From positions 1,552,001-1,616,000 of the forward strand of contig CM052818.1 in assembly GCA_028534125.1 (NCBI GenBank): a stretch of DNA of 64,000 nucleotides, in the 5' to 3' direction. How positions within the stretch are numbered: the stretch's first letter is position 1; each line of letters starts with the position of its first letter. Made by a program: the position numbers and the translations under genes. Shown here piece by piece: positions 26,403-39,620 of the stretch. Below the pieces are notes generated by a model, which searched no databases, had not been told where the DNA came from, and worked only from the letters and a program-made list of their open reading frames with translations. Origin of the DNA: Lama glama. Its lineage: Eukaryota.

Positions 26403-28658
26403 AGGTTAAAAAATACAGCGAAGCAAAAAACGAAAGAAAGACATGGAAATGATTACTGTAAATGTCATGATATTGTTTTCCTTAATGGAGAGGAAAGAAG
26501 TTGTGTTTAGAGCATCTGGGAGCTTCTGGCATGCTGCTCTGTTCAGTTCTGTTTGCCTGGTAAGATTGTTCTTACCGCTTTTATTCATTTTTTCTATATT
26601 CCCATTTAAAAATATATATTTAGGAAGGAGGAAAAGGAAGGAAGCAAGCCAAAGAAAGATAGAAATCAAAGATAAACATTGCTTTTTTGAAATGTATAAC
26701 TACCATAATAGAGAAGTTTAATTCAAAGATTAAATAGATGAAACTGCTTATCATTCTATGATCAAGAAGACAAAGTCAAATATATATCCCAAAATATAGT
26801 GCAGAAACATAAAGAGATGGAAAATATGAATGGAAAAGTAAGAAACATGGATAAATCATGTAGATATTTGGTTGTATCTAATAGATTTAGAAAGAAAGGA
26901 CAGTCACAAAGGAGGGGGCTTTAATAATTAAATAAGTGAAGGCAGTTTCCCTGTAGTAAAGAAAAACTAGATTATTAAAAGTGAAAGGATGCATTTTTTG
27001 TCAAGGAGAGTAAATGAGAGCAGTTTTCTCACATCTGAAATTAAGTGTTTTAGTTTGAGTGGAAAAAAAAAAAGCACTTGGAAACACATGAGGATTCAAA
27101 GTTTACTTTTCAACCATCCTATGTTACATGTGTTTTACCAAAAATGAAAAAGAAACCCAAAAAACAAGATGAGATAGAATTAAATAAAATGTGTGCAAAA
27201 AATGACAGTAAAACTCATAGATAAATCTAAGTGACTGATTGTTAGATTGTTTGTACAGTTTAATGCTTTTGAAAATTCCTACAAAAGGAGAGGCTTAATG
27301 CTTAAAATGCTTTTTGAATGAAATCTTCATATTTATTAAAGTAAACAATGGGCAGAAAGTATATGACTTAATAATAAATAGTATAAGATAATTTGAAAAA
27401 AACTGATCCACTGAAAAATATGAAAGGAAACAAAAAGAGAAGGAAGAAATCATTGAAAATAGAAAACTTAAAATGGCTAGCATAGATCCAAACATGTCAC
27501 CTTTCATGGGAAATGTCAAAGAGAAAGTTTTACATTTTGGTTACATACTTTAAGATTCTACAGAAAAATTGAAAATAAAGCAAGAGAAACAGAAAGGGCA
27601 ATATTTCACAAGGCAAATAGAATTGAAGTTGCAGACATTTAAATGAGAGGAGAGGAACATTTTGTTTGTCTTGACATTAGTTTTAACCCACCAAAAAAAT
27701 CAGTAGCCCTTTTTCTAGGGATATGCAAGCATCAATATGTATATAAAGAAAAGCCGTTGGTAATAGGAAGAGAAACTTAGGAAGAGCGACACCATTGTGG
27801 GAAAACTCAGCACGCCTGTCTCTGTAACTGAGAGATTTACGTAGAGAGTATGTAACCAACCAATAATTAAGAGAATTTGAATATCAAAATCACTGAAAAA
27901 CAGTGACATATACATTTTTGTATGTTACCCACAGAAGCATTCTTCCATATCATTTCAGTTTTCCTATTTGTTGATAAAAGATTGTACGTGGATTTTATTT
28001 GTAATTTTTATTTTCCTCTGTATTTTTGTTTGCTCTTTGGATTCTTTGTATTGTTTAGTTTTGTCTTTGTTGTTTAGTCAGACTTGCCTATGATTTGTCT
28101 ATTTTATTGATTTTATTTTTAACCAGACTTTGATTTCATGGATCAGATCTTTTATGTCATCTCTGTCATTAATTTCTACTTTTCCCATCAGTTTTTTCTC
28201 TCACTTATTATGGTTTAATTTTGCTGATTTGGCCTCACTTCATGAGTTGAGTGCTCGGTTTTTTAATTTTACATCTTTTATGTTTTCTAATATTCTTATA
28301 TAAAGATACAGTTTTATTTTGAAAATGGTTTTAGCTGTTCCATAGGTTTTGATATGACGTATTTCATTGTTCATTTTAAAATAATCTACAATATCAACTT
28401 TGATTACTTCTTTAACCAAACAGCTATTTACAATTGTGTTTTTAAATTTTCAAGCGTCAAAAATATAGATCATGGCTTACTTGAGTCTTTCCTCAGCTCT
28501 TCCCTGGTTGACTGTTGTGTTCCTTTAAACCAGGAAAGGGTTGGACCTTTTCTAGAGACTCTTCACCAGGTGAAGCGTTAAATAAGTAGGTAAATCAAAA
28601 CTGTACTTTATTTTTAATAATTAAGATGTTTTCCTTCATTGTCTTTTATTTCCTTTAG

Positions 28659-28730
28659 TCTTACTGCTCTGATCCAAACCTCGTGTTAGATTTGAAGAAC
28701 CTCATTGTGCTTTTTGCGGACACACTTCAG
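28659..28730 (+). CDS. EXOC6B: EXOC6B coding exon (about exon 12), 72 nt, SYCSDPNLVLDLKNLIVLFADTLQ
   Basis: Pyrimidine tract plus tttag acceptor, cag|gtctgt donor, phase 0-0, in frame with the next exon. Confidence 0.95.
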
Positions 28731-29439
28731 GTCTGTGACTTCTTTTTACATATGCCTATCTAGATGAGCTTTTTATCAGCTCTTAATCTTCTCATTGTCT
28801 GTCTAAGCTTGAGTAAGCACCTTTAGTTTGTAGTTGTGTTTCTTCTTTTCCTAGAGCCGCATCTTTTTATCTCTGTAGCATTTCCTGGGCATCACCTTGA
28901 CCATTCACGTTCCCATAAATAGTTCTCATCCCCCTGTTTTGTTCTCAAAGCTAATCAATTAATTGAACTCACTACGTTAGTTCTTCAGAATATCCTTAAT
29001 TCAGATACATTGCCTGAGTGATTTTGGAGTTTCTTAACTACCATTTTGAATAATGATTATTGATTTGAACCACATACTATAGCCAATACAATAGCATTAG
29101 AAGTAGGTGAGACTGGTAGTTTTCATTTTCTCTCCCTACACCTGAAGGTTGCTAAGAGTTACAGAAGGAGTTGTAGGGAAAACTTAGCTGACAGTTACAC
29201 ACAGTATATATTAATTTTAATGTTCATCTTTTCTTTTCTGACTGGCTTAGATATTATGGTATTGTATCTTTTAATTCTTTAAAGTAAACACTGTTTCTTA
29301 GGTAGGAATAAAAGAGTCCCCTGTGGTTTTATTTAAATTGTTGACCAAAGAATAAAAAAATCTTTCAGTGCCTAATCTCTCTCATGTTGCTTGAAAAAGT
29401 CACCTTATAAAATGAAGCTATTTTCTTATTTTGTTTCAG

Positions 29440-29537
29440 GTGTATGGTTTCCCTGTAAACCAGCTTTTTGACATGCTGTTAGAAATCAGAGATCAGTACA
29501 GTGAAACTTTGCTAAAGAAGTGGGCAGGTATTTTCAG
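29440..29537 (+). CDS. EXOC6B: EXOC6B coding exon (about exon 13), 98 nt, VYGFPVNQLFDMLLEIRDQYSETLLKKWAGIF(R)
   Basis: tttcag acceptor, ag|gtgaga donor, phase 0-2. Confidence 0.96.
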
Positions 29538-31132
29538 GTGAGAAATGATCTTTAGTCGTGTGTGTGTGTGTTGTGTGAGCACGTGCATTTGTGTATGTGT
29601 GTACATAAGATTTTTATACATAAGATTTTTGTGTTTATACATAAGATTTTTCAGGTGTAATAAGCAGCAAGTATATGTGGCTTATATTTTCTAGCTGTGA
29701 TCCAGGTTATAACTGAGAATTCAAGTAAATTGTATTGATGTTCCAAATAAAGTTCTCAAGATACCCAGTGTATTAGTGTCTACTGTGTGGGGAGTCCCCA
29801 TATCCCATTTTCGCTCTTCTGTTTCCTTGAATAAATGTCAAATACCTTGGTTCATACCATCCAGATCTTGTTGTGCTTCTTAATGTGTTTTTTTCTTTTT
29901 TCTCTTTGAGGATCATGCTTAGTCTATGGCTCACTTCTAACATAGTGGCTTTTGAGCCCTTTTGAATAATTTAGCTTTTTGGCAACCTTTTTGGAAGAAT
30001 CACTCGTGTGATTCATCTTCTTTCTTCTCCGCACCCAGAGAAGAGACCTGTTACAATCTCACTTTTGAAGCATGCTATTTAAACAGTTACTGCAGCATGC
30101 ATACAACAATAAGAAAGTTACTGTATCACACCTCCACTTTCAAATGTCTCCTTGGACTGTTTTCCTGGCACACGCCCCATGTCAACTGACTTGTTTCTTC
30201 TCCTTTTAAACCTTTACTCCTTTACTTAGTGATCTTCATGCCTACTGCAAGACCTTTTCCCCAGATCAGCTTACCCTGTTTTCAAATTCTTACAGTTTTA
30301 TTACATTGTCCCTTTAGTCTTACTCTTCACAGTTTATGAACATATCACTGATAATTGTGTAGTGCATCTCATTCGAATATTAATATAATAAACATTTGTA
30401 TTTCTAAAAAACAGGTTTGTTAACGGTATAATTTTATTTAGGGGAAGTTTATCTCTTGAAAATTAGCAACATGATGTATCCAAGGTCTTAAGAGCATCTG
30501 ATCTGATGCCTTCAGTAAATTTCTGTTTTGATTTTGGTAGTATGATCTCTGTTTTTAGTGAACCCTTGGTCTAGTTAAGGAGTCAGACCCAATGGATGAA
30601 AAAAAAAAAAAGTCATCCTTAATATAGAGCAGTAGATGAAGTAAAGGAACATAATTTGAAGTTATTATAGAACTTGCTTTTCCTCATCTGCCAATTTTGA
30701 AAGTTAGAATAGAAGATCTATTATAGGATTAAAGAGCATAATCAAATATATTTAATTTTTTGAAACAGAGCAAATAAAACCTCTTTCCCTTCTCCAGGGC
30801 TACATTCTTTTATTGTTTGCCTTAAGACTTCAACATGTTGCCTAAAATTTTCTCTCTGACCTGTAAACCTAAAACATTGTGAGGTCATGTTTATTATTGT
30901 GTTCCGTTTGTTTCAGAATGTAATTTTCTTCGTCTTCTTTTAAAGATGTCCTTACCTGAATTCAGATAGCTGCATTGCAAAAAGAATAGAATAGGGGCTG
31001 GGAAATGTTTATTTTGGGTTGTGGTATGTATACAACCATTGAAATTCACCTGAAATTACTTGTGATCACCGTAGTGATTAACTCCCCATTCTTTCCTCTC
31101 TCCCTCCCTTCCTTCTTTTATTTTCTTTATAG

Positions 31133-31238
31133 AAACATACTTGATTCTGACAACTACAGTCCTATACCAGTAACAAGCGAAGAGATGTATAAGAAGGTGG
31201 TGGGACAATTCCCATTCCAAGATACAGAGCTAGAAAAG
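31133..31238 (+). CDS. EXOC6B: EXOC6B coding exon (about exon 14), 106 nt, (R)NILDSDNYSPIPVTSEEMYKKVVGQFPFQDTELEK
   Basis: Long pyrimidine tract plus tatag acceptor, aag|gtaagg donor, phase 2-0. Contained in ORF 31005..31259. Confidence 0.96.
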
Positions 31239-32002
31239 GTAAGGAGTATTTTAAAATAAAGTCCTCTGATCTGGCATCCTCTACAGCATTTCCTAGTGTC
31301 AGTCTCATTAAAGGCATTACTTCTCACTTAGTGGGTTAGAACTCCAGAACATTTTCAAAGGATGATTTTGGGACTTAGACGAATAGGAGTTCCTGTTTTG
31401 GAGTCCTGTCATCTCTGAAGTGTTTGGGGCATTGCTGGGAGTGTTCCACTTTGGCTTCTACTTTGAAATACTTGCTTTTATTATACTGTTAGGATATTTT
31501 CTCCTCAAAACATGCAGTAAAATATATCCTTTATGCTATAAAATTCTATTGGTTTTGACAGTGCCTTGAGTCTTGTATGTACTACCACAATAATGATACA
31601 GAACAGTTCCATTATTCCAAAAAATTCCCTCATGCCACACCTTCTTAATCCATCACTCCCCTAACCCCCAGCCTTTGGCAGCCAGCAGTCTGGTTGCTCT
31701 CCATCTACTTTTGCCTTTTCTAGAATGCCTTGTAAATGGAATCACACAGTATGCAACCTTTTGAGACTGGCTGCTTTCTCTCAACATAATGGTTTTGAGA
31801 TTCATGCAAGTTGTTGTATATATCAGTAGTTCATTCCTTTTTATTGTTGACTATGCACCACAATTTATTTATCCTTTGAGGTTTTGGAGGACATGGGAAT
31901 TATTGTTTAATTTATAAATTATTCTTTTTAGAGTGAGGAAACTTTCAGAAATATTTTTTAAAATTTGAGGGTTGTTTTTTTTTTTTTAATGCCACAATTG
32001 GA

Positions 32003-32160
32003 AGGAGAGTATAGCCCAGTGGTAGAGTGCCTGCTTAGCATGCACATGGTCCTGGGTTCCATCCCAGTATCTCCATTAAAACAAACAAACAAACAAACAA
32101 AAAACTAATCCCCCCACACCCTCAAAAAAAAGATAAAACAAAACAAAACAAAACAAAACT
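32003..32160 (+). mobile_element. tRNA(Ala)-derived SINE, Vic-1-like (camelid)
   Basis: ggagagtatagcccagtggtagagtgcctgcttagcatgcacatggtcctgggttccatccc contains degenerate A and B boxes, followed by (AAAC)n, a short C-rich spacer and an (AAAAC)n tail. Confidence 0.8.
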
Positions 32161-32286
32161 ATTCTAGGTTGTTTAGCAGACAGTTCACAACATGGAAGAA
32201 GATTTCTTTTGTGTTTTAATTAATTTTTAAGTATTTTCATTGTATGCTGATTTGTGACTTGTTTTCATTAATTTTTGCCTTTACAG

Positions 32287-32396
32287 CAACCATTTCCAAA
32301 AAAGTTTCCATTCTCTGAATTTGTGCCAAAAGTTTACAACCAAATTAAAGAATTTATCTATGCCTGTCTGAAGTTTTCAGAAGATCTTCACCTAAG
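32287..32396 (+). CDS. EXOC6B: EXOC6B coding exon (about exon 15), 110 nt, QPFPKKFPFSEFVPKVYNQIKEFIYACLKFSEDLHL(S)
   Basis: tttacag acceptor, ag|gtatag donor, phase 0-2. FPFS motif typical of Sec15 proteins. Confidence 0.96.
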
Positions 32397-32899
32397 GTAT
32401 AGTATGAAACAATGGAAATGCAGCAGATATTAAGAGTATGACTCTATATACATAAATATTCTAGAATACTTTTTACATTCCCTTCAGCTCTAATTTTGCG
32501 ACTCAATACTAGCCTTTCTCAGTACAGCGCTAGTTTGTTTATATTGTCGTGGTGAAAGGGAAAGTTGGAAACTCTTGAAGAATTTGTTTTTGTTTATATT
32601 ACTTACCTTATTCTCTACTATTTTCTTTATAAATTTGCATTTCAACACTTTCTATTGGTGAGAATTACTAGAAAATAATGGTATAATGTACTAGCTTTTG
32701 CATTCTATTTGATGAAATTGTGAGGTCAGTACAGTAGTACAGTAGCAGGTAAAATCCTTTGGAAATACCCTTTTTCCAAATAGTCTGTGGACTTATTAAA
32801 GGAATCCATATCTCCTTTAATTTAAGTTTAATTATTTAACTAGCATATATTGAGCCTATTTATGTACCAGATACACCCTGCTTTTTGGGGTTGCAGAAT

Positions 32900-33370
32900 T
32901 AATGGAATACTACTCAGCCATAAAAACTGACAACATAACGCCATTTGAGCGACATGGGTGCTCCTGGAGAATGTCATTCTAAGTGAAGTAAGCCAGAAAG
33001 AGAAAGAAAAATACCATATGAGATCGCTCATATGTGGAAATCTAAAAAAAGACAAAAACAAAAACAAAAAAGCAAAGCATAAATACAAAACAGAAATAGA
33101 TTCATAGACATAGAATACAAACTTGTGGTTGCCAAGGGGGCAGAGGGCGGGAAGGGATAGACGGGATTTCAAAATTGTAGACCAGATAAACAAGATTATA
33201 CTGTAGAGCACAGGGAAATATACACAAGATCTCATGGTAGCTCACAGAGAAAAAAATGTGGCAATGAATATATATATATGTTCATGTATGACTGAAAAAT
33301 TGTGCTCTACACTGGAATTTGACACAACATTGTCAAATGATTATAAATCAATAAAAAATTTTAAAAAAAG
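32900..33370 (+). mobile_element. Young lineage-specific L1 3' end
   Basis: Close reverse complement of the copies at 21735 and 22980. Ends aatcaataaaaaatttt with an A tail. Confidence 0.9.
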
Positions 33371-34543
33371 GACACAGTTGGATAACAGACTTGAAAATAG
33401 ACAGTTAAAATATACCATAGTAACTGTTGTAATACGTAGAGTGTGCTTTCAAAAATGCCAAGAAGAACATTTAATTCATCGTAAAGAATCTGTGGGAGAT
33501 TCATAGTTACCATGATTGGTTTTCTAAAAGAACCTCCTCTTCTCAATGAATGGTTACATTCACCCAAATTAGAAATCTGAGAATTGTTTTCAACTCCTAT
33601 TTCTATTAATAGCTATTTTTCTTAAAAACCGGTTTCAGACATTGGACTAAATTTTATAAACCCTTTACAAATATGTTATTACATCTATAAAACTCGAAGT
33701 AATACTTACTTATAAGATACTAGGAAGCATACTCCATTTTTATGGAGGAGGAAAGTGAGGCAAAGAGAGATTAAGTAACTTCATCAAGGTCTCACAGGGA
33801 GTTAAGTTTTAAAGGCAAAATTGAAATCTAATCAACATCAGGATCAACAAAACAATTTCTGCCATGTTTATAAATCTTATTTTTTGGCTCATATTATTAC
33901 ATCCCTGTTTTACATGCATTCTCAGGTAGCTGTCATACTATTTCTTTGTGGTAAGTACTGATTATTCCCATTTAACAAATGACGGCAGTGTTCATTTGTA
34001 AATGAGCCTCTCTAAGTTTAATTATATTGTTTACAAATAATAAACAAAATTATTTTGATTCTTTTTTTCAGGTTTTTTTTTTTCCTTTAAAATTTTCTCT
34101 TCCCAGTATGGCTGCTTTAATTGATGTAGTCGTATTTGTCTTGGACTATTTAAGTAGTCTCTTAATTGTTCCTCCACCTCTAACTTTACTTTCCCAACCA
34201 TCTATCCTTTCTTTCTCCTCATTCTATTTTGTATGTCCCCTAGAGTAATTTTTCTAAAAATCGAATGTTATCATTTAAATTTCTTCTCACCTTTTCAGGG
34301 ACTCCTTACAGCATATAGGATGAAGTTCATGCTGAAGCCTGATGCATTTGTCTGTCTGCCTCCTCCCTCTTCCCTTGACCTAGTCTCCCTGTGCTTTTTG
34401 CAGATTCATATCCCAGGATAATTTCCCTGTCATCCAGTGCTTCAGTCATATCAATCTATTTGCTGTTTTATGATCATAACATGCTATTTTATATTTCTCT
34501 GACTTTGTTCTTGACCCTCTCTGTGTTTGAAATTATTTCTTCT

Positions 34544-34668
34544 AAGGTATGTGTGTGTATATACATATAAATGTGTGTTTGTATGTAACTGAAACACTAT
34601 GCTGTACACCAGAAATTGATACAACATTGTAAACCAACTATACTTTAATAAAAACAAACAAACAAACA
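34544..34668 (+). mobile_element. Short 5'-truncated L1 3' tail
   Basis: 14-bp TSD aaattatttcttct at 34530-34543 and 34669-34682, with an (AAAC)n tail. Confidence 0.85.
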
Positions 34669-35189
34669 AAATTATTTCTTCTTTCCTGAACCTCGTGACT
34701 CACTTCTAACCATCCTTGAAGGTTCAGTTTAAACATTATGTGCTGATTCCTTTTTGAGCACTTGCATCCCTAACAGAGTTGATCTACTGACTCCTTTGTG
34801 CTACTTCTGTACCTGTGAATGCTATCATCACAGCTCATCTTAGATTTTATTGCTTTTTTTGTATCTTTGTGTTTCTGTGTGTGTGCTAGACTATAGGCTC
34901 CTTTGTTGATTGATTGATTGATTGATTCACCATATATTATGTGTAATCTATTATTTGTCAGATAGTGCTTGGCATAAGGACAATTAAGACACTGAAAATA
35001 TGGTCCATGTCTTCAAAGAGTACCTAATCTAATTGAGGAACTGAACAAGTGTTATGATGGAAATACACAGGAACAGCGTAGGAATCAGGTCTGAGACAAA
35101 TTGAGGATTTAAGTAAAGGTCCTTTGAAGGGTAGAAACATTTTAAGTTTTGTTCAGCACAATATCCTCTACACACAGCTTAGTGCATTG

Positions 35190-35330
35190 AAAAAGGAGAA
35201 ATGAAAGAAAGAGAAAGAAAGGAAGAAAAAAGAAAGAGAAAGAAAGAAAAAAAGAAAGAAGGAAAGAAAAAAGAAAGAAAGAAAAAGAGAAAGAAGAAGG
35301 AAGAAAAGGAAAGAAAAGAAGGAAGAAAGA
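35190..35330. repeat. GAAA/GGAA purine-rich low-complexity repeat
   Basis: About 140 nt of almost pure A/G. Confidence 0.9.
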
Positions 35331-36479
35331 GTGAATGGAATGTATGGTATGCTAGGCAACTCTGAAAATAAACATTTGGAAAATAGTTTGGGTAACTTGT
35401 TTGATAGAAATTCTTTCAAAGTGAAAAATGAAACATGAGATTTGTACAATTAATTTATTCTCTTTGCTGAAAATGAGGTTGATAGAAACGTTCTCTTTGA
35501 AATGAGATTATCTTTGGAAGTTATAAACCAAAACTTTTTTAACCCTTCAAATGGCCACCATCAAATGATGTGTTACCAGCAAATGGTCTCTGGGTACTGT
35601 TAGGTATGTTACAGTATGTAAATTACTACAAGTTAATTACATAGTGATTTTTCTATCCTCTTTTGGAGAAAAGGTAGTATGGTTAAGGGATAATGTGAGT
35701 AAATTGTTCAGAATTCTTTTTATTGCTTGAATGTATTAAGTTTTCACCTGAAAACTGCCTTTGATAGGTTTGATGTTGACAATTAAAATCAATATTCAAT
35801 TTGTTGGGGGTGGTGGAGATTTATAGTTACCTTTTACCCTTTAGGTGCCATTTACCTTATTTCCATGGGCTACATTTGCATTATAACCTGGAGTGACAGA
35901 GATCATAGCTGGCAACTGTAGAGGTGGTAATAAGGGATATGAGACATGATAAGTATAAAAACAATTAGCTCCCTTAAACACGAGGCTCTCAAAATAAGAA
36001 AAACAGCTGTATTGAGATTTTCTTGAAGCTTTATGGGTATTTTTCTCTTAAATCAAACTTTCATTTTTTTCCTAGCAGGAATTTTCTCTTTTACATTGAA
36101 CAGCAGTTGCTGAAAAGGATTACAAATATTGAAAAATGCATAATTGTATGAATTCTGAGGACACAAAACTCTTTTTCTTTGAAAGTTCTTTTTAAAAAGA
36201 GCAAATAAATGACATTTCTTTGGTAAAATAATATCCTACCATTTGCACTTGACTTAATAGAATACACACATATGTATATATACACACAGATCTTTTTTTA
36301 AGTTATACAGTTTGATATCTGTAAAGAATTTGGGAGATATAGAATAGCACAAAGAAGAAAAACTTAAATGACCTAAAACTTTACCACATTAATAGCTACT
36401 CTTTATATAGGGGAATTTCTTTTCTTTCAGTCTTTCTTCTATGTGAATGTATGCACAGCCCTTTTTTTATTTTAAAGCA

Positions 36480-38640
36480 AAATTGCTATGAGACACTTCC
36501 ACTTTGAATGTAGAAAGCTAGAAAGAATATTGCTTCCTCCCTAACAAACAAGATAAACTACAGAATGAAACCTTTTCTGGAACCCGTCAGAGAGCTGAAG
36601 TTACAGAGTGACCAAGTACCCGGGAATCCAAGTTGAGACTGGCCCCTCTCAGGAGAGAGTGACAGGACACACAGACTCCCTCACCTGTGGCAGAGCAAGG
36701 ATAGCTATCAGACAGGTGAGAAAGAGGAGACTGACTGAAGTCTTAATGGATTGCTAACATCTTAGTTGGAGCTAACATGTTAGTATAGAATCCCTATTTG
36801 TGAGTCCCAGATGCAGGAGGAATTTAACTCATTCATATGTCCTTTCCCATGGACCTCCACTGGGTGCTCATGAGAAAGACTAAGAGCTGGGTAAGAGATC
36901 AGAGAAAACCATCAGTGGCCTTACAGGTGTGGAGGAGGGAAGGAACCACTGCTTTGAGAAAGACATGAAGCCCCACCCTCCTGGTTTGTACCTTTCACTC
37001 ATACAGACCCAAAACTTGAGGGAAGGGCAGCAAACTCTGTCTTTCTGCAGAGCACAGGAAAAGATCCATTGTCACTGTGGGGAGGATTGAAGAAAAAAAG
37101 TCTTTTTACCCCTAGAAGAAGGGCAGAAAACAGCCCTGGGCTTAGGATCATATACCAGTATTATTAGAGGTCTGCTAATACTGGCAGAGAGCATACTGCA
37201 GACACAGTGCGGAGTTTGGCTGCTATTAGAAGGTAAGCATGGATTTTGAGCACCTCTACCCCTTAGCAGCAGGATCTACCTAAACCTGAAGCTGTCCAGG
37301 ACAACAGAGAAAGTTCTTTGATTTCCACTAATAGTCTAGTAAGAAGTAGATGACAAGAGGCAGCAATCTACCCCTAGGTGATGGGCAAGAATGGAGAGCG
37401 AGAGAGATCAGTTCTGTACTGTAGGCACACGGATATAGCCAAAAAATGTGGATGGTGCAGAAACTTTAGGAAAAACCCTCTGGGACCCCAGGACCCACAC
37501 GTAGGCCCATGGTATCATTAGAAAAATTTGAAGTCTGTGAAGCGGTGTAAGTAACCATAGCAACAATAGAACTGAAACCCAGTTCAACTCCTGCTTATAC
37601 TAAAGGCCCAACACGAGGAGAGAGATGGTCATTTCCAAATATGAGGACTGTTACCTCAGCCTCTACTGTTTTTCTTACAATATCCAACCTTCAATAAAAA
37701 GTGTGACACATGTGTTTCATTTTTTGCATAAAAAGCAATTAACAGCAACTCATTGTCAGAGGACAGTGAAATCAACAGAATCAGACTCAAAAGATGACCC
37801 AGATGATAAAACCGTCAGTTAGAGACTTAAAAGTATCACATGCATGAACAGATAGGGATTTATAGCAGGCAGATGGAAGGAGTCAAGTGGAAATACTTGA
37901 AATAAGAAACAGTTTTAGAGGTAAGAATTCCTTTGAATAGTAGGCTTGAGACAGCTGAGATATGGATTCAGTGAACTTGAAGATAGGTCAATAGAAGTTA
38001 CCCAAATTGACACATAATGAGAAAAAAGGGTGAAAGAAATAAAATGAACTATGCAAGATCTGTGGGGAAATTTCAAACAGTTTAATTGCGGTTCCAAGAA
38101 GAAGACAGAATAGGCAAGAAGAAATATTTTATGAGATAATGGCTGAGAATATTCTCAGAATAATGACATGTCAAAACAGAGACACATTTTTTGAGAACCC
38201 CATCAACATAAACAACAAAACATTAGCGGCAACAAGCAGAGAAAATGCTTAAGCATATCGTATTCAAATTCGCGAAAATGAAAAATAAAGAGAAAAGTTT
38301 GAAAGGAATTTTGATTAAAAGATATTACATTCAGGTATAATATTAAAAATTACATCAGACTTATCCTTAGAAACAATGCAAGCCAGAGAAAATGTAATGA
38401 TATTCTTAGAATACCTCGAGAAAAAAACAAATCAAGCACAAATTCCATAGGCAGCAAAATAACTATTAGAAATGATGGCAAAGGAAATTTTGTTATCAAG
38501 TCCAAAGCTGAGATGATCTGTTGCCAGCAGAGCTGCAGTATGTGAAATAAAAGGAAATTCTTTATACAAAAGGGGTATAATATAGACAGAAATAAAGAAA
38601 TGAAAAAGTAAAGAGCTTTGGGAATGATAAAAATTAATTT
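36480..38640 (+). mobile_element. Ancient L1 5' UTR/ORF1 remnant
   Basis: Degenerate ORF1-like sequence (cagtgaacttgaagataggtcaatagaa; agaaacaatgcaagccagag). Boundaries approximate. Confidence 0.6.
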
Positions 38641-38659
38641 GTAAAACTTTTTTCTTTAA

Positions 38660-39620
38660 TTTTTTTGCTGATTTATTAAATATTTTAGGTTGTACAACAT
38701 GATTTTTTAAGGCATACAATGTGATGATTTAAGGTATATATTATGAAATGATTACTACAATTAAGTTAATTAATATATCTCACTTCACATAGTTAACACT
38801 TCTTTGTTTGTGTATGTGATAAGATCATTTAAGGTTTACTCTTTTAGCAAATTTCAAGTACACCATATAGTATTATTAACTATATTCACTGTATTTTGTG
38901 TTAGAGCCTCAGAACTTACTCATCTTATAACTGAAAGTTTGTACTCTTCAATGATCATTGCCCCATTTCCCCCATCTTTTAGCCCCTAGTAACTACCATT
39001 CTATTCTCTGTTATTATGAGTTTGATTTTTAAAAATTCTATATATAAGTGAGATCATGTAATACTTGTTTTTCTGTGTCTGGTTCATTTCACTTAGTGTA
39101 AGTTCCTCCATGTTCATCCACGTTGTTGCAGGTAGCAAGGTTTCCTTCTCTTTTAACTGAATGATATTCCGCTGTGTGTGTGTGTGTGTGTGTGTGTATC
39201 AATTTTTCTTTATTCATTCATCTGTTGACAGAAATTTTGGTTGTATCCATATTTTGACTGTTGTGAATAATGCCGTAGTGAACATGGGAGTATAAATATC
39301 TCTTTGAGATACTGATTTCATTTAGTTTTCTCCACATCTTCACTAACACTTTAATCTCTTGTGTTTTCCTAACCATTCCGACAGGAATAGGGTAATACCT
39401 CCTTCTGGTTTTGATTTGAATTTGTCTGATGATTAGTGATGTTAAGCACCTTTTCATATACCTGTCGGTCATTTGCATGTCTTTTTTTTTGGAAAAACGT
39501 GTATTCCGGTCCTTTGCCCATTGTTTAATTGGGAGATATATATACGTGGTTTTATATTTATCTTGCTATTGAGTTGTATTAGTTCCTTATATATTTTGGA
39601 TATGAACATCTATTCAGATG
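38660..39620 (-). mobile_element. L1MA-like 3' end
   Basis: Antisense L1 3' UTR. ORF 39218..39478 (-) MKRCLTSLIIRQIQIKT is an ORF2 remnant. Confidence 0.8.

Noticed and set aside
32003..32075. tRNA-Ala-like gene
   Set aside because: Degenerate boxes and stems with an A-rich SINE tail instead of a T-run terminator; it is a SINE head.
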